Assembly (NCBI GenBank): GCA_964469835.1
Contig: CAYYBI010000397.1
Coordinates: 1-36,833, forward strand
Length of the DNA: 36,833 bases
DNA from: an uncultured Rhodospirillaceae bacterium
GTDB taxonomy: Bacteria > Pseudomonadota > Alphaproteobacteria > UBA8366
Reading direction: 5' to 3'
Shown here piece by piece: positions 9,580-19,099 of this stretch (within the stretch, counting starts at the first letter, position 1; each line of letters begins with the position of its first letter). The translations under genes were made by a program, and so were the position numbers. Under the pieces are notes generated by a model, which was not told the DNA's origin, did not search any database, and saw only the letters and a program-made list of their open reading frames with translations.

Positions 9580-11514
9580 ATGGATCTCTTCGATGTTTTT
9601 TCCGAAGTCTATGCACGGGAAAGGCAAGAGGATATCGGCTTGCAAGACTATCTTCTGAGCTGCCGAGATAATCCTGCCATGTTTGCCAGCGCCGCAGAGC
9701 GAATGGTCGCGGCAATTGGTGAGCCTGAATTGATCGACACCAGTACCGACCCGCGGCTTGGCCGCATCTGTATGAACCGCACGATCAAGCGGTACCCCGC
9801 ATTCAGCGAATTTTACGGCATGGAAGACACGATCGAACGGATCGTGGGCTATTTCCGTTATGCCGCGCAGGGCCTCGAGGAACGGAAGCAGATACTCTAT
9901 CTGCTGGGTCCCGTCGGCGGCGGCAAATCGACGCTTGCCGAGCGCCTCAAACAGCTCATGGAGCTTTCCCCTGTCTATGTCTTGAAGGCAGGTGAAGAAA
10001 TCAGCCCGGTTTTTGAATCACCGCTCGGTATGTTCAACCCGGATCGCATGGGCGATCTGCTCGAGGACAAATACGGCATCCCCCAGCGCCGGCTCACCGG
10101 CTTGGCGTCCCCTTGGGCAATCAAGCGGCTGGACGAGTTCGACGGCGACCTAAGCCGGTTCTCGGTGGTCCGCCTGATGCCGTCCAAGCTGCGGCAAATC
10201 TGCATCGCCAAAACGGAACCAGGCGATGAGAACAATCAGGATATCTCCTCGCTCGTCGGCAAGGTGGACATCCGCAAGCTCGAACATTTCAGCCAACACG
10301 ACCCGGACGCCTACAGCTATTCGGGCAGCCTGAACCGGACGACGCAGGGATTGCTAGAATTCGTCGAAATGTTCAAGGCGCCGATCAAGGTGCTGCATCC
10401 GCTGCTTACCGCGACACAGGAAGGCAACTATATCGGCACCGAATCGCTCGGTGGCATTCCGTATCAGGGCATCATCCTGGCCCATTCAAACGAATCCGAA
10501 TGGCAGCAGTTCAAGCAGAACAAGAACAATGAAGCGTTCCTAGACCGGCTTTGCGTGGTTAAGGTTCCGTATTGCCTCCGGGTTACCGAAGAAACCCAGA
10601 TCTACGAAAAACTGCTGCGCGAAAGCGAATTGTCCAAATCTTCGTGCGCCCCCGAAACGCTCAAGACACTGGCCCGCTTCAGCGTCTTGACGCGCCTCAA
10701 GGAACACGAAAATTCAAATCTCCACACTAAGATGCGGATCTATGACGGCGAGAACCTGAAAGATACGGGTCCGCAAGTGAAGACGATGCAGGAATACCGC
10801 GACACCGCCGGTGTCGATGAGGGCATGACGGGCGTAAGCACCCGGTTCGCCTTTAAGGTCCTGTCGGAAACCTTCAACTACGACACTGAAGAAGTCGCGG
10901 CCGATCCTGTGCATCTGATGTACATCATTGAAAATTCGGTAAAGCGCGAGCAATTCCCGGAAGACCAGCAGAACGCGTATCTGGAATTCATCAAAACCGA
11001 TTTGGCGCCGAAATACGCCGAATTCATCGGCAACGAAATTCAGAAGGCCTATCTCGAATCGTATACCGAATACGGTCAGAATTTGTTCGACCGCTACATC
11101 ACCTATGCCGACGCCTGGATCGAAGAGCAATCCTTCAAGGATCCCGACACCGGTCAGATGTTCGACCGGGAAATTCTCGAGGAAGAGCTGTCCAAGATCG
11201 AGAAGCCGGCCGGCGTCACCAACGCCAAGGATTTCCGCAACGAAGTGGTCAAGTTCGCATTGCGCGCGCGGGCCAAGAATGACGGCAAGAACCCGGACTG
11301 GACGAGTTACGAGAAACTGCGCGAAGTCATCGAGAAACGCATGTTCAGCAATGTCGAAGACCTGCTGCCGGTGATCAGTTTCGGGACCAAGCAGGACTCC
11401 GAGTCGGACGGCAAGCACAATGAGTTTGTCCGGCGCATGACGGGCCGCGGCTATACTGAACGCCAGGTGCGTCGCCTCGTCGAGTGGTACATGCGGGTCA
11501 ACAAGGCCGGCTGA
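9580..11514 (+). CDS. prkA: PrkA family serine protein kinase (YeaG-like)
   Basis: About 644 aa with Walker A LLGPVGGGKST and PrkA-type sequence throughout. The track start at 9571 is GTG. ATG 9580 sits at better distance from GGAAAGG. Confidence 0.92.
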   Translation: MDLFDVFSEVYARERQEDIGLQDYLLSCRDNPAMFASAAERMVAAIGEPELIDTSTDPRLGRICMNRTIKRYPAFSEFYGMEDTIERIVGYFRYAAQGLEERKQILYLLGPVGGGKSTLAERLKQLMELSPVYVLKAGEEISPVFESPLGMFNPDRMGDLLEDKYGIPQRRLTGLASPWAIKRLDEFDGDLSRFSVVRLMPSKLRQICIAKTEPGDENNQDISSLVGKVDIRKLEHFSQHDPDAYSYSGSLNRTTQGLLEFVEMFKAPIKVLHPLLTATQEGNYIGTESLGGIPYQGIILAHSNESEWQQFKQNKNNEAFLDRLCVVKVPYCLRVTEETQIYEKLLRESELSKSSCAPETLKTLARFSVLTRLKEHENSNLHTKMRIYDGENLKDTGPQVKTMQEYRDTAGVDEGMTGVSTRFAFKVLSETFNYDTEEVAADPVHLMYIIENSVKREQFPEDQQNAYLEFIKTDLAPKYAEFIGNEIQKAYLESYTEYGQNLFDRYITYADAWIEEQSFKDPDTGQMFDREILEEELSKIEKPAGVTNAKDFRNEVVKFALRARAKNDGKNPDWTSYEKLREVIEKRMFSNVEDLLPVISFGTKQDSESDGKHNEFVRRMTGRGYTERQVRRLVEWYMRVNKAG

Positions 11515-11533
11515 CGCCGGCCTTGTAATCGTC

Positions 11534-12847
11534 ATGCGACATTTCGTCGATCGCCGTCTGAATCCGAAGGACAAGAACCTCGGCAACCGGCAAAAGTTCA
11601 TGCGCCGGGCGCGGGAGCAGATCAAGAAGGTCGTCGACGATTCGATAAAAGGCCGCAGCATTACGAATGTCGACGAGGGCGAGACCATCTCGATCCCGAC
11701 CAAGGGGATCAACGAACCTCGCTTTCAGAATTCGCGCGATGGCGGTTTCCGCAAACGGGTCTTTTCCGGCAACAAGGACTTCAACACCGGCGACAAGATC
11801 GAAAAACCGCAGCAGGGCGGCGGAGGCGATGGCGGCAAGAAGGCGTCCGATGCCGGCGAAGGCGAAGACGAATTCACCTTCGAGCTCTCGCGTGAAGAAT
11901 TCCTCGATATTTATTTCGAAGATCTCGAACTGCCGGATTTGGTCAAAAAGGATTTGCGCGAAATCAAGTCCTTCTCATACCAGCGCGCGGGGTTCAGCCT
12001 CACCGGCACGCCGAATCAGATTTCGGTCCGACGCACCATCCGGAACAGTTTCGGGCGCCGGATTGCGCTGCAGCGGCCCAGCAATACCGATATCAACGAT
12101 CTGGAAGTTGAAATCAACGACATCGAGCTGCACGGTCCGCAGTCGGATCACGATCTGGTCCGGCTCGATCTGCTGAAACAGAAATGGCACGAGCTGTTCG
12201 TCTCGCGCCGCGGCATCCCCTATCTCGACCCGGTGGACATCCGCTATAAGCGGCTTGAAAAGCGGCCGCGGCCGAATACCAAAGCGGTCATGTTCTGCCT
12301 GATGGACGTATCGGGGTCGATGGGCGAACGCGAAAAGGAATTGGCGAAACGCTTCTTCATCCTGCTGCACCTTTTCCTCAAGCGCCGCTATGAGCAAACC
12401 GACATCGTCTTCATCCGTCATACCCATGAAGCCAGCGAAGTCGACGAAGAGACGTTCTTTTACAGCCGTGAGAGCGGCGGTACGGTCGTGAGCACCGCGC
12501 TGACCGAAATGCTCAAGGTGCAAAAGGACCGTTACCCGGCCGATAGCTGGAACATCTATGCCGCCCAGGCGTCGGACGGCGACAATTTTCCCGACGACGG
12601 CGACAAATGCATCAATATGCTGGGCAAGGAAATCATGCCGCTTTGCCAGTATTTCGCCTATGTGGAGATTGTGGACGAGCGCGAACTCGATATGTTCCAG
12701 ACGACATCCGTCGGCGCAGAGCTGTGGCAATCCTATCGGGCGGTGAAGGAAAACTGGCCGAACTTCGAAATGAAGCATATCGCCAGGCCGGGTGATATCT
12801 ATCCTGTCTTCCGGGAGTTGTTTACCAAGCAGCCGGCGGCGACTTGA
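11534..12847 (+). CDS. yeaH: YeaH/YhbH family protein (DUF444)
   Basis: 437 aa with the Gly-rich acidic linker QQGGGGDGGKKASDAGEGEDEF and the C-terminal vWA-like segment FCLMDVSGSMGE. Canonical position after prkA. Confidence 0.9.
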   Translation: MRHFVDRRLNPKDKNLGNRQKFMRRAREQIKKVVDDSIKGRSITNVDEGETISIPTKGINEPRFQNSRDGGFRKRVFSGNKDFNTGDKIEKPQQGGGGDGGKKASDAGEGEDEFTFELSREEFLDIYFEDLELPDLVKKDLREIKSFSYQRAGFSLTGTPNQISVRRTIRNSFGRRIALQRPSNTDINDLEVEINDIELHGPQSDHDLVRLDLLKQKWHELFVSRRGIPYLDPVDIRYKRLEKRPRPNTKAVMFCLMDVSGSMGEREKELAKRFFILLHLFLKRRYEQTDIVFIRHTHEASEVDEETFFYSRESGGTVVSTALTEMLKVQKDRYPADSWNIYAAQASDGDNFPDDGDKCINMLGKEIMPLCQYFAYVEIVDERELDMFQTTSVGAELWQSYRAVKENWPNFEMKHIARPGDIYPVFRELFTKQPAAT

Positions 12848-12886
12848 TGGTCGACGGATGACCAGGACCACCGGAGCGGAGGCATA

Positions 12887-14419
12887 ATGTCGGCAGAACT
12901 CGCGACCAAGCCCCTGTTCGAGGGTACCGAATGGACCTTCGATATACTCGACAAAACCTACAATGCGATCGAGGAAATCGCGTTGGAGGAATTGGGCCTC
13001 GATACCTACCCGAATCAAATCGAAATCATTTCCGCCGAACAGATGCTGGACGCGCATTCATCGGTCGGCATGCCGTTGATGTATCACCATTGGTCGTTCG
13101 GCAAGCACTTCGTGCAGGAGGAAAAATCCTATCGCAAAGGCTTTTCGGGATTGGCCTATGAGATCGTCATCAACTCCAATCCCTGCATCAGCTACAACAT
13201 GGAACAAAACAGCATGCCGATCCAAACGCTGGTGATGGCGCATGCTGCATTCGGCCACAATCATTTCTTCAAGAACAATTATCTGTTTCAACAATGGACC
13301 GATGCCGAAGGCGTTCTCGACTATCTCGACTACACCAAAAAATTTGTCGCGCGCTGCGAAGAGGAGTTCGGCATCGCCGCGGTCGAAGAGATCCTCGATG
13401 CGGCGCACGCGTTGATGGATCACGCCGTCTCGCGATACCCACGCCCACGAGAGTTGACCAAAAAGGAACGCGCCGCCCGCGAACAAGAACACCGGGACTA
13501 TGAGGAAAAATCCTTCAATGACCTGTGGCGCACCGTGCCGACCGCCAAACCGGAGGAGGCGCCGGACGCCGCCGAGGAGGATGCCTCGGAGCGCATGCGC
13601 GAACTGAAGCTGCCGGAAGAAAACCTGCTCTACTTCATCGAACGCCACAGCCCGGTACTCCTGCCATGGCAGCGGCAACTTCTCGGCATCGTCGGGTATG
13701 TGGCGCAATATTTTTACCCGCAGAAACAAACCAAAGTGATGAATGAAGGCTGCGCCACCTTCGTGCACCACTACATCCTGAACCGCTTGTTCGATAAAGG
13801 GCTGATCACCGAGGGCGCGATGCTGGAGGTCCTGCACAGCCATTCCAGCGTGGTCTATCAGCCGGAATTCGACCAACCCGGTTATCGGGGCGCAAACCCC
13901 TATGCCTTGGGATTCGGAATGATGCAGGATATCAAGCGCATCTGCACGGAACCGAAACCCGAGGATGAAGAATGGTTCCCGGAGATTGCAGGACGCGGCA
14001 ATTGGCAGGAGGTGCTGCGCGACGCCTGGGCCAACTATCGCGATGAATCCTTTATCCGGCAATTCCTGAGCCCGAACATGATCCGGCAATTGCGCCTGTT
14101 CACCCTGGCGGACGAGTCCAATGACCCGCATTACATGGTAACCGCGATTCACAACGACGCGGGCTATCGAAGGGTCCGGGAAACGCTCGCGGAATCCTAC
14201 GATATCGGTACCATAGAACCCGATATTCAGATCATCGATGCCGACCTGCGCGGCAACCGTGAATTGCGGTTGCAGCACACGATGACCAACAAGATCCCGC
14301 TCTCCGAGAAGATGCGCGACGAAGTCCTGAAGCATGTGCGCGTGCTTTGGGGCTATGACGTCAGCTTAGTCGGCGTCGAAAGTGACGGCAGCAAGGTCTA
14401 CGAAACAAAAGTCTCCTGA
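12887..14419 (+). CDS. ycgB: SpoVR family protein (YcgB-like)
   Basis: 510 aa. Third member of the conserved prkA-yeaH-ycgB trio. Typical segments AYEIVINSNPCISYNMEQNS and VMAHAAFGHNHFFKNN. Confidence 0.9.
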   Translation: MSAELATKPLFEGTEWTFDILDKTYNAIEEIALEELGLDTYPNQIEIISAEQMLDAHSSVGMPLMYHHWSFGKHFVQEEKSYRKGFSGLAYEIVINSNPCISYNMEQNSMPIQTLVMAHAAFGHNHFFKNNYLFQQWTDAEGVLDYLDYTKKFVARCEEEFGIAAVEEILDAAHALMDHAVSRYPRPRELTKKERAAREQEHRDYEEKSFNDLWRTVPTAKPEEAPDAAEEDASERMRELKLPEENLLYFIERHSPVLLPWQRQLLGIVGYVAQYFYPQKQTKVMNEGCATFVHHYILNRLFDKGLITEGAMLEVLHSHSSVVYQPEFDQPGYRGANPYALGFGMMQDIKRICTEPKPEDEEWFPEIAGRGNWQEVLRDAWANYRDESFIRQFLSPNMIRQLRLFTLADESNDPHYMVTAIHNDAGYRRVRETLAESYDIGTIEPDIQIIDADLRGNRELRLQHTMTNKIPLSEKMRDEVLKHVRVLWGYDVSLVGVESDGSKVYETKVS

Positions 14420-14650
14420 CCGGTTGCGCCGCAATCGCCATGCGGCCGGGCCGAATCGCGTGACCTCGATGCAACCTTTCGGTTGACAGTTCGCCGCCTT
14501 ATTCCCAATCATCATTGTAATTTCCTTTCGGTTCGATCCGAAGGACGCGGACGTTATGGCAAAAAAGCGCCAAACAGCGACGCGGCAAAGCAAATCCGGC
14601 CGGACCGTCATGGAAATGGCGTTACAACCAGCCGAATACAGGGAGGCACC

Positions 14651-15820
14651 ATGAAACCCAAATTCACTAAAGCGATCGTCGCTTCGGCATCGGTCGGAAT
14701 CGCTATTAGCGCAAGCGCGCTTCTCGGCATCAGCGCCGCCGGCGCGGGCGAAATCAAGCTGCCAAAACAGATGACCTGGACAGCCTATGGGACGACTTCG
14801 ACCGGTTATCAACAATCGGTCGCTATCGGCAACGTGCTGAAAAAGAAATACGGCATGCAGCTCAATATCAAAACGGGCAAGAACGATGTCGCCCGGATGC
14901 TGCCGCTAAAGGCCCGCAAGGCCGATTTCTGTTCCTGCGGCATCGCGTTTTACTTCGCCCATGAAGGCGTCTTCATGTTCGGCAAGGAAAATTGGGGTCC
15001 GCAAGCGATCAGCATGGCGATGGCCTCGATCGGTGGCGCAGGTATCGGCCTCGGCGTTGCCAAAGATTCGGGCACCAAGGCGTATAGCGACCTGAAGGGC
15101 AAGCGCGTCGCATGGGTCCGCGGCGCACCGGCGCTCAACCAGAACGCGGCGTCCTTCCTTGCCTATGGCGGATTGACCTGGAAAGACGTGAAGAAAGTCG
15201 AATTCGGCGGCTGGAAAGATTCGATCAACGGCATCATTAATGGGCAGGTGGACGCCGGCGTTATGTCCACGGTGTCGCCCCACGCGAAGCGCATCGAAGC
15301 ATCCCCGCGCGGGCTGATCTTTCCGCAGATGAACCACAAGGATAAGACCGCATGGGGCCGGATGAACGGAATTGCTCCTTGGGCGCAACCGCATATGGCC
15401 ACCATCGGCGCAACCGTTTCGAAGGAAAAGCCGTGGACCGGATCGGGATATTTCTATCCGGTGCTGGTCACCAACAACGATTTCTCGTCCGATAATGTCT
15501 ACAACCTGGTGAAAGGCATCAATGAAAGCCACGACGACTTCAAGGGCACGGCGCCCGGTGTCGATGGCTGGCATAAAGACCGGCAAAACTTCCAGTGGGT
15601 CGTTCCGTGGCATCCGGGTGCGGTCAAATATTGGAAAGAAATCGGCCTTTGGACCGAAGCCGCACAAGCGCACAACGACACGCTGATGAAACGCCAGGGC
15701 GTCTTGGCGAAAACATGGATGGCCTATAAAGCCAAACCGGCCGCTGACTTCCAGGCGGGTTGGTTGAAGGCGCGCGCGGCTGGATTACGGGCGGCAAACC
15801 TGCCCGTAATCTTTAACTGA
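14651..15820 (+). CDS. TAXI-family TRAP transporter solute receptor
   Basis: ATG 14651 is preceded by GGGAGG and starts a signal peptide MKPKFTKAIVASASVGIAISASALLGISAAGAGE. The TTG 14483 extension in the track is non-protein-like. Followed by a fused 4TM/12TM TRAP permease. Confidence 0.85.
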   Translation: MKPKFTKAIVASASVGIAISASALLGISAAGAGEIKLPKQMTWTAYGTTSTGYQQSVAIGNVLKKKYGMQLNIKTGKNDVARMLPLKARKADFCSCGIAFYFAHEGVFMFGKENWGPQAISMAMASIGGAGIGLGVAKDSGTKAYSDLKGKRVAWVRGAPALNQNAASFLAYGGLTWKDVKKVEFGGWKDSINGIINGQVDAGVMSTVSPHAKRIEASPRGLIFPQMNHKDKTAWGRMNGIAPWAQPHMATIGATVSKEKPWTGSGYFYPVLVTNNDFSSDNVYNLVKGINESHDDFKGTAPGVDGWHKDRQNFQWVVPWHPGAVKYWKEIGLWTEAAQAHNDTLMKRQGVLAKTWMAYKAKPAADFQAGWLKARAAGLRAANLPVIFN

Positions 15821-15848
15821 TCGCGAGTCCGGCGAACGGCATACGCCC

Positions 15849-17903
15849 ATGAGCATCCGGGCGCCCGAGGGAAAAGACGCGGTGGCGGAGATTGCCCGCC
15901 ACCGCCAACTCCCTGGCCTATGGCACAAAATCCTGTTGATTGCCTCGTGTCTGGCGATTGTGTTGTCCGCCTATCAGCTTTTTAACGTCGGAAGCATGTT
16001 TTCCGATGCCGGATTTCTCGGTGGCATCCCGCTGAAATTCAGCCAGGCGGTCGGTTTCAGTTTCAATCTCCTGCCGGAACAATATCTCTTCTGGCTACTG
16101 TTTCTTCTGCTGCCATTGGTGTTCATCTTCTGGCCGGCCCACAAACGAGCGCCCAAAGACAGCGTCCCGTGGTACGATCTCGTGCTGTTTGTCGTGACCG
16201 CCGGCGTTTCGCTCTACTTCGTCTATTACGGCGGCCGCATTCTCGACGAAGGCTGGGAATATGAAGTACCCGACGACGCGAGCGAAGCCAGGTATCTCAC
16301 CTATGTCCTCTGGGCGCTGGTGATCGACGCAACCCGGCGCGCGGGCGGCCTGCCGATCGCCAGCATCGTCATGCTCTTCTCGATCTATCCTTTCTTCGCC
16401 GATCAATTGCCCGGAATACTGCTCGCGTCCTCGCCGGAATGGACGGAAATCGGCAACCGCATGGTCATGAGCACCGAGGCCATCTTCGGCATTCCGATGC
16501 GGGCATTTGGCACGCTCGTTATCGGGTTTCTGATTTTCGGCGTCGCCCTGCAGCATACCGGCGGCGGAAGCTTCTTCCTCAACCTCGCCTTTTCGCTACT
16601 GGGGCACGTTCGGGGCGGCCCTGCCAAGGTAGCAATTTTCGCAAGCGGGCTGATGGGCTCGATGAGTGGCAGCGTCATCACCAACGTGCTGACCACCGGC
16701 GTAATGACGATCCCCACCATGAAGCGGGTCGGTTTCCGACCGGCCTATGCCGGTGGGGTCGAAACCTGCGCGTCGACCGGCGGCGTGCTGATGCCGCCGA
16801 TCATGGGCGCCACCGCCTTCGTGATGGCCCTGTTCCTGGAGGTTCCTTATCGCGACGTCGCCATTGCGGCCGTCATTCCATCGGTCATGTATTTCTTTGG
16901 CCTGTTCATGCAGATCGATGCCTACTCGGCGCGCAACGACCTGAAAGGCCTGCCGCCGGAGGAAATGCCGAATCTGAAGCAGACCCTGAAAGAAGGCTGG
17001 TACTTCATCGCCGTCTTCGTCCTGCTCATCTGGATGCTCGTTTTCCTGAACCAGGAAACCATCGCCCCCTACTTCGCCACCGTTCTGCTGCTGATCCTGA
17101 ACCAGGTCTTTCCCTATCATCGCTGGACCAAGGCCGATTTCTGGACCTTCATCGAATCGGTCGGCAAGCTGTTCGCCGAACTCGCCGCCCTGCTGGCCGG
17201 GATCGGGATTATCGTGGGCGCGCTGATCATCACTGGCAAGATCGGCAACCTCGCCAGCGACCTGCTACAATTGGCCGGCGGCTCGACGATCATCCTGCTG
17301 CTGATGGGCGCCTTCACCAGCTTCATTCTCGGCATCGGCATGACCGTCACCGCGGCGTACGTCTTCCTCGCCATCGCGCTCGCCCCCGCCCTGATCAAGG
17401 GCGGACTGGACCCCATGGCCGTGCATATGTTCATTTTCTACTGGGGTATGTTGAGTTTCATTACACCGCCCGTGGCGCTGGGCGCCTATGCGGCCGCCCC
17501 CATCGCCAAGGCCCCGCCGATCAAGACCGGGCTGGAGGCGATGCGGCTCGGTAGCATCATCTATTTCATTCCCTTCTTCTTCGTTTTCGACCCGGCCTTT
17601 ATCTGGCGCGGACCGATCGAAATGACCCTGTTTCTGTTCGCGCAGGCTATGGTCGGCATCGTCTTTGTCGCAGGCGCGTTACAGGGCTTTTTGGTTTTCG
17701 TCGGATGGATGAGCAACCGGCCGGCCGGATTGATCGGTCGTGCGCTTATCGGCATCGGCGGAATCGCGCTCGCCATGCCGGGAAACAAGATCATCGACGT
17801 CACCAACGGCGAACTGGCGATCTGGGCCGCCGTGCTGATTTTAGTCGGTGTCGTCGTAGCCCTGCTCGATCGGCGCAGTGCCGTGGTCGAAGCAGCGAAC
17901 TAG
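15849..17903 (+). CDS. TRAP transporter fused permease (4TM/12TM, TAXI-associated)
   Basis: 684-aa highly hydrophobic protein directly downstream of the TAXI receptor gene. Confidence 0.9.
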   Translation: MSIRAPEGKDAVAEIARHRQLPGLWHKILLIASCLAIVLSAYQLFNVGSMFSDAGFLGGIPLKFSQAVGFSFNLLPEQYLFWLLFLLLPLVFIFWPAHKRAPKDSVPWYDLVLFVVTAGVSLYFVYYGGRILDEGWEYEVPDDASEARYLTYVLWALVIDATRRAGGLPIASIVMLFSIYPFFADQLPGILLASSPEWTEIGNRMVMSTEAIFGIPMRAFGTLVIGFLIFGVALQHTGGGSFFLNLAFSLLGHVRGGPAKVAIFASGLMGSMSGSVITNVLTTGVMTIPTMKRVGFRPAYAGGVETCASTGGVLMPPIMGATAFVMALFLEVPYRDVAIAAVIPSVMYFFGLFMQIDAYSARNDLKGLPPEEMPNLKQTLKEGWYFIAVFVLLIWMLVFLNQETIAPYFATVLLLILNQVFPYHRWTKADFWTFIESVGKLFAELAALLAGIGIIVGALIITGKIGNLASDLLQLAGGSTIILLLMGAFTSFILGIGMTVTAAYVFLAIALAPALIKGGLDPMAVHMFIFYWGMLSFITPPVALGAYAAAPIAKAPPIKTGLEAMRLGSIIYFIPFFFVFDPAFIWRGPIEMTLFLFAQAMVGIVFVAGALQGFLVFVGWMSNRPAGLIGRALIGIGGIALAMPGNKIIDVTNGELAIWAAVLILVGVVVALLDRRSAVVEAAN

Positions 17904-17915
17904 TGCCCCCGCCGC

Positions 17916-18668
17916 TTAGCCGCGCGGGAATTGAAGGATCAGCATTTCCAAGCCGTCCTCCCCCGCCACCGCCCGCGGCGCGGGTTCATCGGGGGTGACG
18001 TAGCGGCAGGATAGCTCCGGCATCGCCACATCGTCGTGGATCAACGTTCCTTTCACCACGACATGATACTGGCCGCCGCCCGAAGACGGATCGGGGCACT
18101 GCGCGGCCTGCCCGCCGCCAACCCGCAGGATGTAGGCGACAAGCCCGTCCGCATCCGCTTCCATGACGGTTTCCAACGCGGCCTTACCGCGGTTCCGCAG
18201 CGTACCGGCATCGCTCACCGACACTTCGTCCGAAAGCCGGTGGCGGCGTGGCCCATCCGGCAGTATGTCGCGGGACTCCGGCATATATTTCGCCCCGGAA
18301 TCCCAAAGCTGGCGCAGGGTGAAGTACTGCACACCATCTGCTCCGGCGGCAATCGGTCCGTATGGTGTATTGCCGCCCGCATAGTGAACGGTCACGGGAA
18401 AGGCCTCTTTCTTGCCCATTTGTCCGCTGCCGCCCACGAAGACCTGAAACTGATTGGTGTTGTGAAAATGCGGCGGCGTCACGCTGCCGGGCGGCTGTTC
18501 GACCAGGAATCCTTGCGGCAGATCGTTGGCATTGGCCTCGTTACCGGCAACGTACCGGCCGCGCGTCGGCGCCGTGCCGATAAATTCACTCAACACATAA
18601 TCATGGCCGTTCACATGAACGATCCGTTGATGAGTCCGGGCCTCGGGCGTGGACCGTGCCAGCAGCAT
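17916..18668 (-). CDS. Cupin-fold hypothetical protein
   Basis: ORF 17916..18689. I prefer the internal ATG 18668 (MLLARSTPE...), which lies 6 nt after AGGAG. The cupin-like metal motif is GSVTPPHFHNTNQFQVFVGGSG. No precise family can be assigned by eye. Confidence 0.6.
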   Translation of the reverse strand: MLLARSTPEARTHQRIVHVNGHDYVLSEFIGTAPTRGRYVAGNEANANDLPQGFLVEQPPGSVTPPHFHNTNQFQVFVGGSGQMGKKEAFPVTVHYAGGNTPYGPIAAGADGVQYFTLRQLWDSGAKYMPESRDILPDGPRRHRLSDEVSVSDAGTLRNRGKAALETVMEADADGLVAYILRVGGGQAAQCPDPSSGGGQYHVVVKGTLIHDDVAMPELSCRYVTPDEPAPRAVAGEDGLEMLILQFPRG

Positions 18669-18821
18669 GGCGGCTCCTATTTTCCACAAACAAAACGGCC
18701 GATCGACCGACGCGAACGACCAACAGATGCGATACTATCATCAGGCGTCGTCCGGACAAAAGTGCGGCAACTGTTTCTTCAAGGTTGCGGGCGATGAGTG
18801 TTCCCGTCGTAAAATTGCCAC

Positions 18822-18963
18822 AAAATCTCCCCGGTATCGCCCGTGCCCGATCAAATTGTCGCCATGGATAACAGCGATAGTCACATCCTACTCCCCAATA
18901 GGAAATACCCTTCACTTGCGATTTCAGGGTCCCGATGTGTCACATCTCGGGACCCTTTTTTTT
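18822..18963 (+). ncRNA. Candidate small RNA, or 5' attenuator of the downstream response regulator gene; 5' end uncertain
   Basis: A strong intrinsic terminator ends at 18963 with no plus-strand coding gene upstream. Two CUCCCC motifs lie at 18827-18832 and 18890-18895. The second sits in the loop of the hairpin TCCTA-CTCCCCAA-TAGGA. A possible promoter is TTGCGG (18785-18790), 19-nt spacer, TAAAAT (18810-18815). Confidence 0.3.
18927..18963 (+). terminator. Rho-independent terminator
   Basis: GGGTCCCGATGTG / CACATC(TC)TCGGGACCC forms a stem of about 13 bp with a 2-nt bulge, followed by T8 (18956-18963). The T-run is only on the plus strand. Confidence 0.75.
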
Positions 18964-19099
18964 CGCCTGCCGGCCCGCTGTATGCATCGGGATCGGAGCG
19001 CGGTAGTCCGCGTATCGACTTCCGGAGACAAACTGTGCAGAATCCCCCAATCAATGAATCAACAACACGGGTAGACACCCCGGACAAGTAAGTTATCCA

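Noticed and set aside
10714-14335. Three long minus-strand ORFs (10714..11712, 11975..13057, 13058..14335) opposite the prkA-yeaH-ycgB genes
   Set aside because: They are antisense shadows of clearly recognisable plus-strand genes. Their translations are low-complexity, Arg/Gly/Leu/Phe-biased and match no family I know.
14556-14654. 32-codon uORF (MAKKRQTATRQSKSGRTVMEMALQPAEYREAP) whose TGA overlaps the TAXI receptor ATG in ATGA
   Set aside because: Third-position GC is only about 55%, there is no recognisable peptide family, and a chance ORF of this length is plausible. It is worth a look only if ribosome profiling exists.
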